A stretch of DNA of 63,473 bases, the filler included, from Saprolegnia diclina VS20 (taxonomy: Eukaryota): assembly GCF_000281045.1 (NCBI RefSeq). It is 9 parts of 2 records of this genome, joined end to end, with 100 filler letters (N's around TTAATTAATTAA, not from the genome) between each part and the next. Parts side by side here need not be neighbours in the genome. Positions count along the whole stretch, not along the records: positions 59,054 to 60,364 come from NW_008246076.1; positions 60,465 to 61,675 come from NW_008246076.1; positions 61,776 to 63,473 come from NW_008246076.1; 6 more parts are not named here. One strand, given 5' to 3'. The position numbers and the translations under genes are program-made. The first letter of the stretch is position 1; each line of letters opens with the position of its first letter. The notes under the pieces were generated by a model, which was given only the letters and a program-made list of their open reading frames with translations, ran no database searches and was not told where the DNA came from. This document shows positions 59,495 to 63,473 of this stretch, in pieces.

Positions 59495-59833
59495 GCTGTA
59501 CGAATGCGGCCTTTCTTGGGATATGAAACGAAACGCCGCCACTGAAAAATACCTGAGTTTTGTAACCGAACATGGACAATGACGTGGCCGCACGAGAGAA
59601 GAGCATTCGCAATGGCTCGTCGAGGCCGCTCTGCCCATCGTATGTGTATCACGGAGACGTTGCACTTGATGCACTCGAAGTTGAATCGCTGCACAAATAG
59701 ACGTGAGAAGTCGAGAATAGGCTGTATAGTCCATTATCATTTTGCCTTGGCGCCTCTACCCCGCCATGCCACTCTTAATGGCGAGCGTTCATCAACTCAT
59801 ATCGTGCCCAAACTCGAGCACATGCATGTTTCT

Positions 59834-60364
59834 TTATTGTAGGGGGATGGCATGCTGTAGATGGGGGGCAGCGGTCGACACGAACGCCACGTCGACGTCG
59901 AACCGCCGCCACATTTTGATGTCCAAGAGCACCATACGGTGGGTGGGTGCGAGACGCAGTGTGAGCACGCCATTGATCGCCGCCGACGCACGGTCCATGC
60001 AATAGACACCATTTAGGACCCAGCCGTCTTGTACAAAGTGGTGGTACGCAGTGGCGTAGACGAGATGCGACCGTAACCCTCGTCCTTCTCGACCATGATA
60101 GCGCAGCCGCTGAATAAGATACGTGCCAACGACGATGCCAACAGCAACCAGCAGCAAGCCGGTGAAGCGCTCTGTATCCCCAATGCGAACGACACCGCTG
60201 TCGCAAACGAGCTGCATGTCGACGATTGGCGCGGTACAGGACCGTCGCAGACTCGCCGAGTGCTGGACAGGTGACACCAGTGACCAGATCGCCGACGCGA
60301 TCCAGACAAGGGCGCTGCTTGGCGCTGCGTAGAGAGGCGTATACTGCTGCGTTAGGACGGAAAA
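59834..60364 (-). CDS. Giant multi-pass membrane family, C-terminal fragment (member 4)
   Basis: CDSGVVRIGD...VYCMDRASAAINGVLTL...LDIKMWR, matching member 1 C-terminus YYIDRASAALTGVLTL...LDVKLWR. Confidence 0.85.
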   Translation of the reverse strand, partial: FSVLTQQYTPLYAAPSSALVWIASAIWSLVSPVQHSASLRRSCTAPIVDMQLVCDSGVVRIGDTERFTGLLLVAVGIVVGTYLIQRLRYHGREGRGLRSHLVYATAYHHFVQDGWVLNGVYCMDRASAAINGVLTLRLAPTHRMVLLDIKMWRRFDVDVAFVSTAAPHLQHAIPLQ

Positions 60365-60464
60365 NNNNNNNNNNNNNNNNNNNNNNNNNNNNNNNNNNNN
60401 NNNNNNNNTTAATTAATTAANNNNNNNNNNNNNNNNNNNNNNNNNNNNNNNNNNNNNNNNNNNN

Positions 60465-61675
60465 GTCCAGAGACGCAACATGAATGACGCAACGCTCAAC
60501 CCCACGACGTGGAGACCAGCCAAGAGACACACGTGCTCGACACTACCGATCTGAACGGTACCCCCCGAGCAACGCGCGTCCAAGCCGAGTTTGGTGACCG
60601 TGCACGTTTGCTGGACGGTCATTTTGGCTTGAAATGGCGCCGAGAGCTCAATGGCCACAGTCGCGATCCATGTGAAGGCGGCCCCAAGCGGCGCATACGA
60701 GTGCGCCCGGGCTCCAAGAAGTGGCAAGCAAAAGTCCACCAGCACGTACGTAACCCAGTTGGCTTCGCTTGCGAGCACCATCACATCGAACACCGACCGC
60801 GGTGTTGAGACGAAGCGGGAGACGCCATTGGTCGAGACAAAGCCCACAGAAGCCGTGCTGAGAAGAACGAGTGCTGTCGCGCCACGCAGCAAAAGAAATG
60901 GCCGACCGACCCAGACCGGGCTGGCAACCCAGTGAAAGGCCAGCAGATCAACGCCATGGATGCGCAGGCGTGACCACGTAGCCGCCATGAGCACGAATGC
61001 CGCGACCGCGGTCGTGAGTGCACTGGCGTAGACAACAACGATTCGAATGTAATCACACGCTTGGCTAGGTAGCTCCAGTGGGTTGGCCGGTAGCGGTGCC
61101 GGCGCAATATACGGCGAAATGAGGTTGAAGAGACCCGTGTCCGTGTCCAGCGTCGTCACATCCCGCGTGCCGTCCAGCCAGTCGTACACCATGGCCCAAC
61201 CAAAGATCGAAAAACTGTCGGACGCTGCGATGGCGGCTTGCGTCAGAAACACCGGCTCAGTGTCGTTGAGAGCAAACTGCACCAGCGTAATGTTGAGCTG
61301 CGCCATGGCTGCCACGAGGTCGTCCGGTGGCGTCGGCCAAGCGACCACATGCGCCTCCATGAGCTGTCGTACCGTGGCCAGGGTCTCTTGACATGCCTCC
61401 TCATTGGTGGGTGTCAGCACTGAGGCGCAGAGCTGGGCAACCGTGGCTTTTGCGAGCAAAGGGTCCGTGTAGCGCAGCGTTGTCCAAGCAAAGACCAGCG
61501 CTTGACGTGACAAAGTCGTGAGACTTGGTTGTTGCGTGGAGCAGGTGTCGTAGAAACTGAGCTGGTCTTGAACAAACGGCTGGGGGCTGTTGATGTTGCA
61601 CATGGGGTTGCCTGTAAAGTAGCTGACCTTGGCGCCGCGCCAACCAAGTGGGACGAGGTCGACCGTGATTGACGG
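60465..61675 (-). CDS. Giant multi-pass membrane family, internal fragment (possibly same gene as 59834-60364 or 59054-59494)
   Basis: GNPMC, FYDTC, FGWAMVYDWLDGTRDV, WVGRPFLLLRG, ASEANWVTY; flanked by linkers. Confidence 0.85.
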
Positions 61676-62153
61676 NNNNNNNNNNNNNNNNNNNNNNNNN
61701 NNNNNNNNNNNNNNNNNNNTTAATTAATTAANNNNNNNNNNNNNNNNNNNNNNNNNNNNNNNNNNNNNNNNNNNNGATCGACAAGGCTACGAGCAGAATG
61801 ACTGTCCTCATGTATTCGTACGTAATCCTGTCTCCTTTTTTTGGCGTCTCAGTCAAGGCCAAGTCGACGTGATGCCCACATATCAGCATAGAAAATGGAT
61901 TTTGATACGCGGGAGTGCTCAGGGGGTGAAAAGGGCGTATCTCCTGAATTACCGCCCCAGCCTCGGGGGAGGAGTGCTCAACGGGAACCGAAATTTGAGA
62001 TGAGAGCATTTTCGCACCTCCGCTGCAGCTCCGCTCTCGAAGAGATCGTTTCGGCTGCGCTCTCCACAGCGTCCTGCCCCGTTTCATGTATTGAGGGCAA
62101 AACAACAGAGGGGAAACGGCCACATTCAAAGTCCGACACGGCGCCCACGAAAC

Positions 62154-63473
62154 ATGATCGCGCCATTTGCGCCCTCCATTAGCGAGCTCCAAGCCATTCC
62201 ACAGCCATACAAAACGCGTCTCGCGCTCGCCGGCTGTGTCTACGTGCTGCTCTCGACCGCTCTCAGTCTCTACTTTCTGCTCGTCGTCTTGCAGCCCAAT
62301 ATCGCCAACGACCTCTGGTGGGCGGGTTTCACGACGTCCGGACCACAGACCTTCCTCGCCGACATCTTTCACCGGCGTCTCCAGCTCGCAACTTCATATG
62401 CAGTCCCACTGACGTCACCCGAGGTCGTTTTGGAAAAGGTCTATGGCGATGACGCCAGTACCTTTATCGACATGACGATGTCGCTCTCGCGCCAAGTACT
62501 CTTGGCCAACATCTCGTTTGATACGGTTATCCGTGCGATACGGCACACAAGCTTTGATCGAAACGCGCGCATGTTTGCGCAGTACTGCTGGGTCGATATG
62601 GGTCGCGTCTACGAGCTCTCGACCACCGCGCGTCGCCAAGCGCGGTGTGATCGCAGTATGACGCACAACGGCGCTGTCTATTGGGAACCGCTGCTGCGCA
62701 ACTCGGTACCCCAAGACGTTGTCAATGGCTCGTACGGGAGCTCGCTCGCGGTGTCACTTTTCCAGCATATCCAGAGCTCGGACGCTGGCGCCTCTTGGCT
62801 CGAATCGCTTTGGGCGACGCACTGGCTACCAATCGACGACGAAGTGCGTCTCTGGTACGACGTTGGGCTAACGTACTGGCAAACGCAGCTGACCAACTAC
62901 TACGAACAAGGACTCCAGGAGACGATTCAAATTGAGAACGCGCTTGGCCTGCACACACGTGTGACGATCCACACCACGTCCCAAAGCTACCGCGGCTTGG
63001 CCTTGTGGTCGCTGTCCGTAGCGTACCAAGGACTATGGAACGACGTGTTTACGTGTCAAGCCATCCATTGCAGTCTCATTCGCGGCGCCACCAACGCGTC
63101 CGACGACATCAAGTTGCGCTGGGAAGTGCTCTCGTACGCGCTGCAAGTGGACGCGATCCTCGGACCCTTTATCGATCAGCATGTCGGACCTATGGGCAGC
63201 ATGGACGTTGTCCTCGCCCCAAAGCCAACGCCGCTCGAAGCGTATTTCTTGACGTACCAGCAACGTGTGGTGCCCATGTTGCTCGCATCTGTTTCCAACT
63301 ACTTCACGCTGGCCCCCGTCACCGTCGACGTCGTGCCTTTGCACTGGCGCGGCGCCGATATCAGCTACTTTACAGGCAACCCCATGTGCAACACTGTGCC
63401 GGATCAACCGTATGTGCAAGATCAGTACAGCTTTTACGACGCGTGTTCGGCGCAACGACCTAGCGTCGCCGTC
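62154..63473 (+). CDS. Giant multi-pass membrane family member 5, runs off window end
   Basis: Open frame from ATG 62154: MIAPFAPS...LQPNIANDLWWAGFTTSGPQTF...QYCWVDMGRVYE...YFTGNPMCN...FYDAC. Absent from the ORF track because it has no stop. Confidence 0.88.
   Translation, partial: MIAPFAPSISELQAIPQPYKTRLALAGCVYVLLSTALSLYFLLVVLQPNIANDLWWAGFTTSGPQTFLADIFHRRLQLATSYAVPLTSPEVVLEKVYGDDASTFIDMTMSLSRQVLLANISFDTVIRAIRHTSFDRNARMFAQYCWVDMGRVYELSTTARRQARCDRSMTHNGAVYWEPLLRNSVPQDVVNGSYGSSLAVSLFQHIQSSDAGASWLESLWATHWLPIDDEVRLWYDVGLTYWQTQLTNYYEQGLQETIQIENALGLHTRVTIHTTSQSYRGLALWSLSVAYQGLWNDVFTCQAIHCSLIRGATNASDDIKLRWEVLSYALQVDAILGPFIDQHVGPMGSMDVVLAPKPTPLEAYFLTYQQRVVPMLLASVSNYFTLAPVTVDVVPLHWRGADISYFTGNPMCNTVPDQPYVQDQYSFYDACSAQRPSVAV

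Noticed and set aside
17353..61731. TTAATTAATTAA repeated regularly, resembling a dispersed repeat or PacI array
   Set aside because: Always centred in N runs; synthetic linker.

Overview
Eukaryotic, GC-rich, gene-dense DNA with short (~45-60 bp) GT-AG introns and oomycete-type Inr+FPR core promoters. It is most consistent with a Saprolegniales oomycete (Saprolegnia/Achlya-like); this is inferred, not proven. The window is a draft assembly: eight artificial N44-TTAATTAATTAA-N44 linkers and several N gaps mean adjacency across linkers is unverified. Recognisable genes: acetyl-CoA synthetase, a FYVE-like/TM/START protein, an RWP-RK transcription factor, a head-to-head pair of secreted glycerophosphodiester phosphodiesterases, a bZIP-like/M96-type protein, gamma-tubulin complex component 3, a 2xPDZ-TLDc protein, a CAMK-like kinase, an SPCA/PMR1 Ca2+/Mn2+ P-type ATPase, NatA auxiliary subunit NAA15, TPR proteins, and at least five members of a giant internally duplicated multi-pass membrane protein family. 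Most notable: N- and C-terminal pieces of an rvt-type cellular (non-mobile) reverse transcriptase at 55.3-57.7 kb, with the RT core missing in gaps. Also notable: recurrent inverted (head-to-head) duplications with near-identical tracts, and a clean 594-bp insertion splitting one membrane-protein gene.
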